Assembly: GCA_036005845.1 (NCBI GenBank)
Contig: DASYQD010000029.1
Coordinates: 4,204 to 68,203 of the forward strand
DNA: 64,000 bases
From: Thermoanaerobaculia bacterium
GTDB taxonomy: Bacteria; Acidobacteriota; Thermoanaerobaculia; Multivoradales; JAIOJS01
Direction of reading: 5' to 3'
Within the stretch, counting starts at the first letter, position 1. Each line of letters begins with the position of its first letter. Below the pieces are notes generated by a model, which saw only the letters and a list, made by a program, of their open reading frames with translations, did not search any database and was not told the DNA's origin. The translations under genes and the position numbers were made by a program. Below, in pieces: positions 50,927-61,290 of the stretch.

Positions 50927-51983
50927 ACTTGAAGAAATCGCTACGCGAGCTGACGTTCCCGCTCGCCGCGGTGGCGGCGGCGTTCGTCGTCGGCGGGCTG
51001 CTCGTGCTGGCGGTGGGCGATCACCCGCTGCTCACCTACGAGCTGCTGATCGGCAGCGCGCTCACCTGGCCCGACGGCATCGGCTACACGATCTTCTACG
51101 CCACGCCGCTCATCTTCACCGGCCTCGCCGTGGCGGTGGCCTTCCGCTGCGGCCTGCTCAACATCGGTGCCGAGGGGCAGCTCACGATCGCCGCCTTCGC
51201 CACCGCCTGGGTGGGCATCGAGCTGGCGCACCTGCCCGCCGTGCTGCTGCTGCCGCTCTGCTTCGCAACCGCCATCGTCGCCGGCGGCGCCTGGGGCGCC
51301 ATCCCCGGCGTGCTCAAGGCGCGCTTCGGGGCGCACGAGGTGATCACCACGATCATGCTCAACTTCGTGGCGGTGGCGCTGGCGAGCTACGTCACGCAGT
51401 ACCACTACAAGCCGGTGGGCGATCCGATCCTCGAGACGGTGCCCATCGGCGCCGGCGGCCACATCCCGCGCCTCGGCACCTTCGTGCCTGGCTTCCCCGA
51501 GCGCATCCCGGCGAGCATCGCGTTCCTCGTCGCGCTCGTCGTCTGCGTGCTCGTCTACCTCTTCCTCTGGCGCACGCGCTGGGGCTTCGAGATCCGCGCC
51601 ACCGGCGCCAGCCCGCCGGCGGCGCAGTACGGCGGCATCAAGATCGGCCGGCAGGTGGTGCTGGCGATGGCGATCTCGGGCGCGCTCGCCGGCATGGTGG
51701 CGATCAACGAAGTGCTCGGCTACCGCTACCGCTACTACGACAGCTTCTCGGCCGGCTACGGCTTCACCGGCATCGCGGTGGCGCTGCTCGGGCGCAACCA
51801 TCCGCTGGGCGTCGTGATCGCGTCGCTGCTCTTCGGCGCGCTGCTGCGCGGCGGGCTCTTCGTCGACATCTTCACCCAGCACGTGTCGAAGGACCTGGTG
51901 ATGGTGCTGCAGGGGCTCATCATCTTGTTCGTCGCCGCCGAGGCGCTCTTCCGCGACCGCTTCGCGGCGCGCAGGGCGAAAGC

Positions 51984-51987
<4 letters not shown>
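50923..51987 (+). CDS. ABC transporter permease (BMP-system, first)
   Basis: GTG overlapping upstream stop (GTGA); polytopic permease. Confidence 0.85.
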
Positions 51988-52853
<866 letters not shown>

Positions 52854-52992
52854 ACGCCGCGGCTGGTCGCGGCGGGCCCGCGCGGCGAGGTGGCGGCCTC
52901 CACCGGGTTCGGGCTACGATGCGGCCTCGCCGGGCGCCTGCCGCGGCATCCGATTCCATCCCCTAAGAGCAGCACTCCGCAGAGGAGCGTTC

Positions 52993-54099
52993 ATGGAAGA
53001 GCTGATCTTTCGCGAGATCGCGGACGAGTACGGCCCCGAGAAGGTGGTCTACGTCTACGAGCCGCGCTGCGGCCTGCGCGGCATCGTCGTCATCGACAAC
53101 ACCGCCGCCGGTCCCGCCATCGGCGGCATCCGCATGGCGGCCGACATCACCACCTCGGAGGTTTTCCGCCTCGCCCGCGCGATGACGTGGAAGAACGCGC
53201 TGGCGGGCCTGCCGCACGGCGGCGGCAAGTCGGGCATCCTCGCCGACCCGAGCGTACCCAACAAAGAGGCGCTCATCCGCCAGTTCGCGCGCGGCATCGA
53301 GGCGCTCGTCGGCTACATCCCCGGCCCCGACATCGGCACCGACGAAGTGGCCATGGCCTGGGTGCGCGACGAGATCGGCCGCTCGGTCGGGCTGTCGAAA
53401 GTGCTCGGCGGTATCCCGCTCGACCAAGTCGGCGCCACGGGATTCGGCCTGGCAGTTTGCGCCGAAGTCGCGCAGGACTTTTGCGGCTTGCGGCTCGATG
53501 GCGCGAGAGTCGTCGTCCAGGGCTACGGCAACGTCGGCAGCCACACCGCGCGCTACCTCGTCGAGCGCGGCGCCGTGCTCGTGGGGGCGTCAGACATCGA
53601 CGGCACCGTCTTCGACCCCGACGGCCTCGACGTCGAGGAGCTCTGGGTCGTCAAGCAAGAGACCCACCGCGTCACCGACTACCCGCGCGGCCAGAAACTG
53701 CCGCGCGAGGCGTTCGTCGACGTGCCGTGCGACATCCTCGTGCCTGCGGCGCGACCGGATGCGTTGGACGAGAACAACGTGCGGCGGTTGACCTGCAAGA
53801 TGGTGCTACAGGGAGCGAACATCGCGGTGACGCCGGCGGCCGACCGCGTGCTGCACGAGCGCGGCATCCTATCGGTGCCGGATTTCGTGGCCAACGCCGG
53901 CGGGGTCATCTGCGCCTCAGTCGAGTACCACGGCGGAACGCAGCGCCGCGCCTTCGAAGCCATCGACGAGAAGATCCGCGAGAACACCCGCGCGGTGCTC
54001 GAACGCGCGCGGGCGAGGCAGCGGCGACCAGCCGAGGCGGCGCTGGAGCTCGCCAAGCAGCGCGTGGGCGAAGCGATGGCCTACCGACGCGCGGGCTGA
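52993..54099 (+). CDS. Glu/Leu/Phe/Val dehydrogenase family protein (short, Leu-DH-like)
   Basis: Catalytic lysine motif LPHGGGKSGIL, Rossmann GYGNVG; 368 aa. Confidence 0.85.
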   Translation: MEELIFREIADEYGPEKVVYVYEPRCGLRGIVVIDNTAAGPAIGGIRMAADITTSEVFRLARAMTWKNALAGLPHGGGKSGILADPSVPNKEALIRQFARGIEALVGYIPGPDIGTDEVAMAWVRDEIGRSVGLSKVLGGIPLDQVGATGFGLAVCAEVAQDFCGLRLDGARVVVQGYGNVGSHTARYLVERGAVLVGASDIDGTVFDPDGLDVEELWVVKQETHRVTDYPRGQKLPREAFVDVPCDILVPAARPDALDENNVRRLTCKMVLQGANIAVTPAADRVLHERGILSVPDFVANAGGVICASVEYHGGTQRRAFEAIDEKIRENTRAVLERARARQRRPAEAALELAKQRVGEAMAYRRAG

Positions 54100-54278
54100 T
54101 CCGCGACTAAACAAGCGCGGATCTCGTCCAATAGCTTCCAGCCATCGACCCAATCGCCGCGTCGGGCCTGCTCCAAGGACTCGAGGAGAAACACCTTCTC
54201 CTCCCCCGTCACCTCGAACTCGCCTCTCTCCAAGCGGCCGCCGCCTCCGCCTGGCTCATTACTGGTTACCCCATGCAT
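54081..54278 (-). CDS. small hypothetical protein (65 aa, Gly-run then acidic helix ..KVFLLESLEQARRGDWVDGWKLLDEIRA..)
   Basis: ATG at 54278 inside the 3' end of the DUF4238 gene (20-nt overlap); 3' end overlaps the convergent dehydrogenase gene by 19 nt; coding status unproven. Confidence 0.35.
   Translation of the reverse strand: MHGVTSNEPGGGGGRLERGEFEVTGEEKVFLLESLEQARRGDWVDGWKLLDEIRACLVADQPARR
54098..54123 (+). terminator. perfect 8-bp stem hairpin GATCCGCG-ACTAAACAAG-CGCGGATC overlapping the dehydrogenase stop codon
   Basis: Read directly; not followed by a U-tract; lies at the left boundary of the low-GC islet. Confidence 0.35.
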
Positions 54279-55230
54279 TGACCTCCCACAATTCGCGCTC
54301 TGCGGAGCGATGGATCAGCCGGTTGTAACTAGATGTCTCGGCCATCAAGGCTGTTCTCTGGCGAAATTCCTTGGTGCTTTGCCAGAATTCTAGGGTCCGT
54401 CGGTCGCTGAAAATAATTTCCCTGAAAGTATTTCCAATTGTTCGGCGCCTGAACTCCGCAAGCTTACCCCTCTTTATTCCGTTCTTGGTCTGCCACTGAG
54501 ACTCGGGCGCTGCTCGGCCGCGATGAATCTCCAAGAGCAGGCGTGGCGACAGGGCCCACATCACGCTATTGGGCAGGATTAGAACGGGGGAGTCGGTAAG
54601 CGGAAACGTATCTGACTCGGTACGGTAGAGGACCCAGTGAGAGAGCGCCAGAGGGGCGATCGCCTCAGCGAGGCAATCAATATTCGACAGTGCCCACTTC
54701 AGCAGCATGAAAAACTCGAACTTCTTGACTCCTAGCGTGCCATACCACTCGACCAGGGAATTCATGATCCCGTGGCTGCGCAGCGCTTGGAGGTGAACTA
54801 GACAGGCGATCATCCCTTTTTCCATCGGCGAACCGAGGGTTCCGCGAGCGATGACCGTCCGGAGGTGGTCGTAATGTTCCATCCCTTCAAGGGCGGTGAG
54901 GATCTGCTCAAAATTGATGAAGACCGGGTAGTGCGCACTCTCGTGCGCCTGCCTATCTGATTGGAATCGGTCGGGGTAGTGGCGCTTAACAAACGCCTCA
55001 GCATCGTCGCGTGATAGTTCGGCTGGACCGAAGTCCTTCTCGTAATGGACGTTGGCGACTGTGGTCGGAAAGATTCGGTCGCCCTTGACGTTCAGCGAAT
55101 AGACTACCTGGTCCCGCGCAGCGGGCAGTGGTGTCGTGCCTGCAACCGCGGCTGCGTAGTAGTCGGGGTTCCAGTATGCGGTCCAGAAGCACGGGTTGTA
55201 ATGATTACGGGTGACCCATTGGCTTTCCAC
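54259..55230 (-). CDS. DUF4238-family protein
   Basis: N-terminal ..RNHYNPCFW.. resembles the HY.P motif of DUF4238 as recalled; GTG start with GAGG upstream; whole gene lies in a ~1.2-kb low-GC (~50-55%) stretch. Confidence 0.6.
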   Translation of the reverse strand: MESQWVTRNHYNPCFWTAYWNPDYYAAAVAGTTPLPAARDQVVYSLNVKGDRIFPTTVANVHYEKDFGPAELSRDDAEAFVKRHYPDRFQSDRQAHESAHYPVFINFEQILTALEGMEHYDHLRTVIARGTLGSPMEKGMIACLVHLQALRSHGIMNSLVEWYGTLGVKKFEFFMLLKWALSNIDCLAEAIAPLALSHWVLYRTESDTFPLTDSPVLILPNSVMWALSPRLLLEIHRGRAAPESQWQTKNGIKRGKLAEFRRRTIGNTFREIIFSDRRTLEFWQSTKEFRQRTALMAETSSYNRLIHRSAERELWEVNAWGNQ

Positions 55231-55373
55231 AAAACCTCACGCACCTCGTGCGCTCTTACGGCGTCATGCCTTGAACCAGCCTGCAGACTCCGGGGCGGGG
55301 TCTCGACTCAGCTTCCCGATGCGCGACCCTGCTGACGGGTCGCAGCTATCAACAATCGATCGCATCGTGCGAT

Positions 55374-56363
55374 CTAGCCGGCCGGATGGTGATACCCACT
55401 CCACAACTTCTCCCCCGCCTCGATCGGGAACGGCATCTTGTTCCCCTTCGGCGGGAGCGGGCACGTTGCGTAGGGGGTGAACACGCAGGGCGGGTTATAG
55501 GCCTGGTTGAAGTCGATGGTCACGGTGTGCTCGCCGGGCTTGGGCGGGGCGGCGTAGACGAACCTTCCTCCGCCATAGGTGCCCTTGCCGTTGGTCTGGT
55601 CGCCGAAGACGAGGAAGAGGCGGCCGTCGCCTTCGTCGATCGCCTGTAAGCGCACGTTGTGGCCGTCGCGGCTGAAGAGGACGTCGCCGGGTGAGTCGGT
55701 CTCCTCGGTCGCGCCGAGGATGTTGGGCACCGGGATCTTGGTGCCCTTGGGCGCCGGCTCGAAGTTGGCGGTGACCACCCAGTCGCCGCGGTTCGGGTAG
55801 TAGTCGAGGCCCTTGAACCCCGTGCGCACGGGGTTCTCGCTGTCCTTCATGCGCACCGCCCAGCGGTCGCCGCGTTGGATGACGTAGAACTCGATCGTGC
55901 CGAACGAGACCACGGTGGGGTCGCCCTTGGCGTCGCTCAGCAGCTTGGTCGGTTTCGTCACTGGCTGCTTGTCGATGGTGAGCGGCGAGCCGGCTGCCGG
56001 CGTGAGCGTCAGCTCTTCGCCGTGCCGCGAAATGGTGCCGAGGTTCGCCGGCGCCTTGGCCGGGAAGTGCACGTCGGCCTCGGCGGCGCTGCCGAGCGTG
56101 TTGTCGCCTTCGTCGAGCCACTCGAGGCCGACGAGGGTCAGCCAGCCGTCGGGCGAGGTCAGGCGCTCGATGCGGCCCTTGCGCCATTCGTCGAGCGCGG
56201 CCTGCTGCTGCGCGTTCATCGGCTGCTCCTGCTGCGCGGCGGCGGTGGTGGCGACTGGCGCCGGCGTCGGCGTCGCGGCTTCGTCGGAGCGGCCCGGCGC
56301 GCATGCCGCTGCTGCGGCGAGCACGCTCGTCAACACGATCGCGGTGGCGAAGCGTCCGTTCAT
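55374..56363 (-). CDS. DUF1684-family lipoprotein
   Basis: Lipobox AAAAC; C-terminal ..FNQAYNPPCVFTPYATCPLPPKGNKMPFPIEAGEK.. matches the DUF1684 hallmark. Confidence 0.7.
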   Translation of the reverse strand: MNGRFATAIVLTSVLAAAAACAPGRSDEAATPTPAPVATTAAAQQEQPMNAQQQAALDEWRKGRIERLTSPDGWLTLVGLEWLDEGDNTLGSAAEADVHFPAKAPANLGTISRHGEELTLTPAAGSPLTIDKQPVTKPTKLLSDAKGDPTVVSFGTIEFYVIQRGDRWAVRMKDSENPVRTGFKGLDYYPNRGDWVVTANFEPAPKGTKIPVPNILGATEETDSPGDVLFSRDGHNVRLQAIDEGDGRLFLVFGDQTNGKGTYGGGRFVYAAPPKPGEHTVTIDFNQAYNPPCVFTPYATCPLPPKGNKMPFPIEAGEKLWSGYHHPAG

Positions 56364-56671
56364 CCGCGCTCCTCCGCTTGGTCTTCGTTCTCGTTCTCGT
56401 CCGCCTCGCGATAGAGGATGGCGACGGCGCCCACGGTTCCGACGATCACGCAGTCGAGCCGCGCCATCATGTCCGCGAGCTGCGCTGCGCGTTCCTCGCG
56501 CTCGCCGCGCAGACGGATCTTCACCAGCTCGTGCGCAACGAGGGCGCGGTCGAGCTCCGCCACGAAGGCATCGGTGACGCCGCCGCGGCCGACCTGCACC
56601 AGCGGCGCGAGCGGGTGGGCGCGCGCCCGCAGCTCGCGGCGTTGCGAGGCGGTGAGCTGAGGCGCGGACAT
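56360..56671 (-). CDS. yhbY: YhbY/CRS1-family (CRM-domain) RNA-binding protein
   Basis: LT..QRRELRARAHPL.P.VQVGRGGVTDAFV.ELDRALVAHELVKIR matches the YhbY pattern; ATGA overlap with downstream gene. Confidence 0.85.
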   Translation of the reverse strand: MSAPQLTASQRRELRARAHPLAPLVQVGRGGVTDAFVAELDRALVAHELVKIRLRGEREERAAQLADMMARLDCVIVGTVGAVAILYREADENENEDQAEERG

Positions 56672-56760
56672 GCGCGAAACTCTACCAGCCGTCTTCGCGC
56701 CAGCTTCCCGCGCGGAGTGCTCGCGCATCGCTACCGCGGTGCGCCAGCGGCGCGCTGCTG

Positions 56761-57297
56761 TTACGTCTGCGTTCGTCGCTGCACGACGACGCCGATCACC
56801 CACAGCACGATGAGCAGCGGCAGGCCCCACGGCGGCTTGGCCGCGATCGCCTGGGCGAGCATGGTCGCGCCGGCGCCGGCGGTGAGCACGACGAGCGCGA
56901 GAGAGAAGAGGCCGAGCGCGACGAAGGCCATGAGCAGGCCGCCGGCGGCCACGACGAGGAGGTGCCACGGCCCGAGCTCTATGCCGGTGAGCGGCAGCAG
57001 GTAGGTGACGAGCACGACGCCGAGGAAGAAGCCAGCGAGCGCCACCGCCACCTTCTGCACCACGACGGCGAGGATCATGCCGATGACGCCCACCGCCACG
57101 GCGATGACGAAGGCCGCGTTGTGCGGCAGGCCGCTGCCCCAGCGCTCCATCGCCTGGTAGCCGGCGATGAAGCCGAGCAGGCCAACGGCGAGCCAGAAGA
57201 CACGGCGGCCGGCGACGAGAAGCGCGATGCCGGCGACGGCGAGGAAGAGGCGGCTGGGCGTCCCGACGAAGGGGAGCATCGCGTGCACGTCGTGCAT
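56761..57297 (-). CDS. polytopic membrane protein (5-6 TM), function unknown
   Basis: Hydrophobic profile only. Confidence 0.5.
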   Translation of the reverse strand: MHDVHAMLPFVGTPSRLFLAVAGIALLVAGRRVFWLAVGLLGFIAGYQAMERWGSGLPHNAAFVIAVAVGVIGMILAVVVQKVAVALAGFFLGVVLVTYLLPLTGIELGPWHLLVVAAGGLLMAFVALGLFSLALVVLTAGAGATMLAQAIAAKPPWGLPLLIVLWVIGVVVQRRTQT

Positions 57298-57393
57298 GGG
57301 CGCAGCCTACCGCGACCGGGATGGGTGTGCGCGCGGCGCCACGAGCTCGGCCGCTCAGGCGCCGCGCGCCTCGCCGCGCGCGCGGCGGCAGGG

Positions 57394-57945
57394 TTACTTG
57401 GCCTGCTTGCCCATCGGCCAAGCCATGAAATATCCGTCGAGCCAGACCAGGTCGTGATTGGCGTCCGCGCGGTCGAATTCGCCGACGGCGTATTCCTCGC
57501 CGTCGAAGCGGCCGTCGGCGCCGGCGCTGCGCACGCCGAGCACGTAGTGGGCGTGCGTCTTGACGTTGGCGCGGTCGACGCAGATCTCCAGCGGGTGGCC
57601 CCAGGCGTCGGTGCGCGGCAGCTCGGCGAGGTACTTCGGTACCAGCAACTGGCGCACTTCGTCGTAGCTCGCCATCGGGCAGCGGCTCCAGCGCACGGTA
57701 TTCGAGTCGGTCTCGGTGTTGACCTCACCCTGGGGCTTGAGCTCCGCCTCGGGTGCGGTGCCGCGCTCGCTCGCGGCCCAGTGATAGAGGGCGGTGCCGA
57801 CCTCGCGCAGCGTGGTGGCAGTGGCCTTCGAGGCGGCAGTGGCCGGGTCGGGCGTCTCGGCGGCGTGGGCACGGGCGGCGTAGGCGGCGAGGGTGAGGCT
57901 TAGCAATCCGCAGGCGAGCGAGGAGCGGAAGGCGGGGCGTGGCAC
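57394..57945 (-). CDS. secreted protein with type II secretion pseudopilin GspG-like C-terminal signature
   Basis: Cleavable signal peptide; ..TDAWGHPLEIC...HYVLGVRSAGADGRFDGEE...D..W resembles the GspG DPWG...GxDGxxG motif, but no prepilin-peptidase site. Confidence 0.4.
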   Translation of the reverse strand: MPRPAFRSSLACGLLSLTLAAYAARAHAAETPDPATAASKATATTLREVGTALYHWAASERGTAPEAELKPQGEVNTETDSNTVRWSRCPMASYDEVRQLLVPKYLAELPRTDAWGHPLEICVDRANVKTHAHYVLGVRSAGADGRFDGEEYAVGEFDRADANHDLVWLDGYFMAWPMGKQAK

Positions 57946-57990
57946 CGGCGTGTCTCCTTCTTTCAGCGTTGGGTGAGTGGTGCGTGCCGC

Positions 57991-59958
57991 TCAGCGCGGT
58001 CGTGGCAGCACGCGGGTCTGGCGACCGTCCTCAGCGATGCGCACGATGGCGTTGTCGGCCGAGCGGAAGAGGTGGCTTGCAAGCGCCCCCGGGACCACGC
58101 GGTCGTCGGCCGGCCACCACGGGCCGGCGCCGCCGAGGGGCGCCACGCGCGCGCCGAGCGTGCGCACGCTGCCGCTGCCGAGGTCGACGACGCGCAGCTC
58201 GCCCTTCCAATCCTTTCCGTCGCGCACGCTGGCGGTGAAGGGCAGGAGGTCGGTGCTCCACGGCGAGCCGAGCCACGCCCAGCGGCCCTTGCCGAGCGAC
58301 ATCTCACGCAGCGGCGCGCCGGCGCGATCGAAGAGGCGCAACGTCAGCGCGCTGTCGTGGAAGCTCGCCACCGCGACGCGGCCGGTCGGGAGGAAAGCGG
58401 CACTCACGCGCGCCTTGTCGGCGGCGGGAGCGAGCGTGGCCAGGGATGCGCCGGTCGCGGCGTCCACGAGCTCGACGCCCTTCGAGCCGCCCCAGCCGTG
58501 AACGACGAGCACGCGCGCGCCGTCGGCGGAGAACGCCGCGGTGGTGCCGGAGTCGACGCTGTCGATGCGCCGGTCGCAGCGCGCCGCGAGGCGGCGCGCC
58601 GCGACGTCGAAGTCCCACACCTGAAGCTGCAGCGCATCGTCTGCCATGGCGCTGAGGCGCGCGAGGCGTACCGCGCCACCGGGCAGCCCGCGCAGTTGCT
58701 GCCAGTCGACGCGCGTCCGCGGCAGCTCGGCGGCGGCGAGCAGGCGGCGCCCTTCGTCCGCCCACACCGCGAGGCGCCGCGGCTCGGCGATGGCGACCCG
58801 GTCGGCGGTGGCGAGGATCGCCGTGTTCCAGGCGGTCGCGATCTCGACGCCGGGCTCGCCGACGCGCGGGCGCGCTCCCAGATCCACCAACACGGCCTCG
58901 TTCGGCGAGGCGAGCGGCGCTCCCTGCGGCCGCAGCCACACGGCGCGGCTGCCGTCGTTCGAAAAGACCACCGGTGCCGGCAGGCCGATGCCGCGGCCTT
59001 CGGGGAGCGCCGACGAGAGCGGCAGCGACTCGCCACTCGCGGTGTCCACCAGCATCCACGGCGCGTAGCTCGGGCGGTGGCGGAGCGGGCCGCGCACGGC
59101 GAGCCACGAGCCGCCGGGAGCCGCCTCGACCTGCTCCACGGCGGTGAGGTCGCCGGCCTCCACCGCCAGCGCCCACTTCGTGAATCCCATTGCGGCGAGC
59201 GCCGCTGCCACGAGGCCGGCGGCGACGAGGCCCGCCTGCGCGCGGTGCACGCGGGCCAGCAGCACGCCGCCCCTGGCGAGCCCGAAGCCGCCGCTGGGCA
59301 AGAGGACGAGCAGCGCCAGAGCGGCGGCGATGGCGCTGCCGATGGCGAGCTCCGCCGGCGCACAGGCGCGCACCAGCCGGCCCAGCGCGCGCGCGATGAG
59401 CACCGCCGTCACCGTGAGGCCGCCGAGGTCGGCGAGCAGCCAGGGCGAGCGGCTGCGCAGAGCGGTCGCCATCAGGTGCGCGATCAGCATGAGGAAGACT
59501 GGCGGCAGCACGACGAGAGCGGCGAGGCTGAACAGCGGACCGCCGAGCGGCAGCGAGAGGAAGCCCGACACCGCCTCGCGTCGCAGCCGCAGCTCGCCGG
59601 CCGCGAGCGCCGCCGGCATGACGATCGCGGTCATGGTGCCGAAGACGAGGAGTGCGGCGGCGAGCACGCGTCCGGCCCAGATGGTGCCGGCGCGCAGCGG
59701 CAGCCCGAGGAAGAAGCCCATCCTGCCTTCGCCGAGGTCGCGCGCGAGCAGGCCGGCGCCGGCGAAGAGCGCGAAAGTGAGGCCGAGCAACCCAGCCATC
59801 GCGACGGCGGTGCCGAGCCGCACGTCTGCCGCCGGCTGGTGGCCGGGCAGCGGCAGCAGCGGAGCGAGCCAGGGCAGGACTGCGGCGACTAGAGCGGCGA
59901 CCCACGCCGGCGCGTAGGCGCGCAGCTCGCGTTGGGTGACGAGGGCGAGGGCGCGCAT
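57991..59958 (-). CDS. ABC-2 family permease fused to C-terminal beta-propeller/TolB-like periplasmic domain
   Basis: Six N-terminal TM helices downstream of ABC ATPase; about 350-aa C-terminal region with repeated beta-strand-rich segments. Confidence 0.65.
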   Translation of the reverse strand: MRALALVTQRELRAYAPAWVAALVAAVLPWLAPLLPLPGHQPAADVRLGTAVAMAGLLGLTFALFAGAGLLARDLGEGRMGFFLGLPLRAGTIWAGRVLAAALLVFGTMTAIVMPAALAAGELRLRREAVSGFLSLPLGGPLFSLAALVVLPPVFLMLIAHLMATALRSRSPWLLADLGGLTVTAVLIARALGRLVRACAPAELAIGSAIAAALALLVLLPSGGFGLARGGVLLARVHRAQAGLVAAGLVAAALAAMGFTKWALAVEAGDLTAVEQVEAAPGGSWLAVRGPLRHRPSYAPWMLVDTASGESLPLSSALPEGRGIGLPAPVVFSNDGSRAVWLRPQGAPLASPNEAVLVDLGARPRVGEPGVEIATAWNTAILATADRVAIAEPRRLAVWADEGRRLLAAAELPRTRVDWQQLRGLPGGAVRLARLSAMADDALQLQVWDFDVAARRLAARCDRRIDSVDSGTTAAFSADGARVLVVHGWGGSKGVELVDAATGASLATLAPAADKARVSAAFLPTGRVAVASFHDSALTLRLFDRAGAPLREMSLGKGRWAWLGSPWSTDLLPFTASVRDGKDWKGELRVVDLGSGSVRTLGARVAPLGGAGPWWPADDRVVPGALASHLFRSADNAIVRIAEDGRQTRVLPRPR

Positions 59959-59959
59959 G

Positions 59960-60880
59960 TCAGGCCTCCTCCACCGCGGGGTGCAAGGCCGCGAAGATCT
60001 CTTCGAGCGACATCGGCCGCGCGTCGCCGGCGGCCGGCGCGGCTTCGTCGTTCCAATCGTCGACGACGACCTCCAGGCCCCAGGGCCGCGGCTGCTGGCG
60101 CAGCCGGTGGAGATCGCTGACGATCGCCTCGCGGCCCGGCGGCAGCAGCAGGCGGCGGAAGCGGCCGCGCAGGCGCTCGAGGGGCTCGTCGACGAGCAGG
60201 CGGCCGGCGGCGAGGACGCCGACGCGGTCGGCGATGCCTTCGACGGCGTCGAGGTCGTGGGTGGTGAGCAGCACGGCGGCGCCGCCGTCGGCGAGCTCGC
60301 CCATGAGCTCGCCGAAGAAGCCGCGGCGGGCGAGCGGGTCCAGACCGAGCGTCGGGTCGTCGAGGACGACGAGCGGCGGCCGGTGGGCGAGCGCCAGCGC
60401 CAGCTCGACCTGCTTCTTCTGGCCGCGCGAGAGGCGGCGGAAGCGGCGGTCGAGCGCGATGCCGAGCCGCTGCAGGCGTTGCTCGAACGCGGCGCCGTCC
60501 CAGCGGTGGCGGAGACCGCCGCAGAAGCGGGCGAGCTGCCGCGGCGTCATCTCGGGCGGCGCCTGCGGCTCCTCGGGCACGTAGCCGACCTCGTGCATGA
60601 GCGCGGCACGGGCGTGGCGCGGATCGCGGCCGAGCACCTCGACCTCGCCGGCCGTGGGCGGCTGCAGGCCGAGGAGCGCGCGCACGAGCGAGCTCTTGCC
60701 GCTGCCGTTTCTGCCCAGGAGGGCGTAGACCTCGCCGGGGCGCAGGCTCAAGTCGATGCCGTCGACCGCGACGTCGCGGCCATAGCGCACGACGAGGCCG
60801 CGCGCGGAGAGCACCGGCGCGGCGGCCCTCACGGCGGGCGGCGGCTCAGCGGCGAGCGCGTTGCTGCTTGCTGTCGGCAT
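59960..60880 (-). CDS. ABC transporter ATP-binding protein
   Basis: Walker A GRNGSGKSS, signature LSRGQKKQ, Walker B LVVLDDPT; ATG at 60880. Confidence 0.9.
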   Translation of the reverse strand: MPTASSNALAAEPPPAVRAAAPVLSARGLVVRYGRDVAVDGIDLSLRPGEVYALLGRNGSGKSSLVRALLGLQPPTAGEVEVLGRDPRHARAALMHEVGYVPEEPQAPPEMTPRQLARFCGGLRHRWDGAAFEQRLQRLGIALDRRFRRLSRGQKKQVELALALAHRPPLVVLDDPTLGLDPLARRGFFGELMGELADGGAAVLLTTHDLDAVEGIADRVGVLAAGRLLVDEPLERLRGRFRRLLLPPGREAIVSDLHRLRQQPRPWGLEVVVDDWNDEAAPAAGDARPMSLEEIFAALHPAVEEA

Positions 60881-61262
60881 CGTTGGTCTCCTCGAGCTCC
60901 TCACACGCGGCGCGCGCCGCATCGACCGACTCTTCGACGCCGAGGCCGAGCGTTGCCGCGTGCGCGGCGTAGCTGCGGGCCGCCTGCTGCAGGCGCCGGC
61001 GGCGCTCGGCGCGCGGCAGCGTCGGCGCGCCGGCGGCGACGAAGGTGCCCTCGCCGCGCCGCACCTCGAGCACGCCGGCGTCGGAGAGGCGCTGGTAGGC
61101 CTTGGCGATCGTCGCCGGGTTCACCGCCAGCTCGCGCGCCATCTCGCGCACCGAGGGCACGGCGGCGCCGGGCGCGAGCGCGCCCGAGGCGACGAGGTTG
61201 CGCACGCCTTCTTCGAGTTGGCGCCAGAGCGGAAGCGGATCGCGGGGGTCGACGGCGATCAT
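60846..61262 (-). CDS. GntR-family transcriptional regulator (short YtrA-like)
   Basis: wHTH ..LPSVREMARELAVNPATIAKAYQRL..; heads a GntR-ABC-ABC2 operon. Confidence 0.85.
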   Translation of the reverse strand: MIAVDPRDPLPLWRQLEEGVRNLVASGALAPGAAVPSVREMARELAVNPATIAKAYQRLSDAGVLEVRRGEGTFVAAGAPTLPRAERRRRLQQAARSYAAHAATLGLGVEESVDAARAACEELEETNDADSKQQRARR

Positions 61263-61290
61263 TGGTGTATTACTACAGTGACACAGCCGG
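61263..61290 (-). promoter_or_regulatory. AT-rich patch with TGTA-N4-TACA inverted repeat immediately upstream of the GntR start (candidate autoregulatory operator/promoter)
   Basis: Sequence GGTGTATTACTACAGTGACACAG is the only AT-rich stretch for kilobases and abuts the ATG. Confidence 0.3.
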
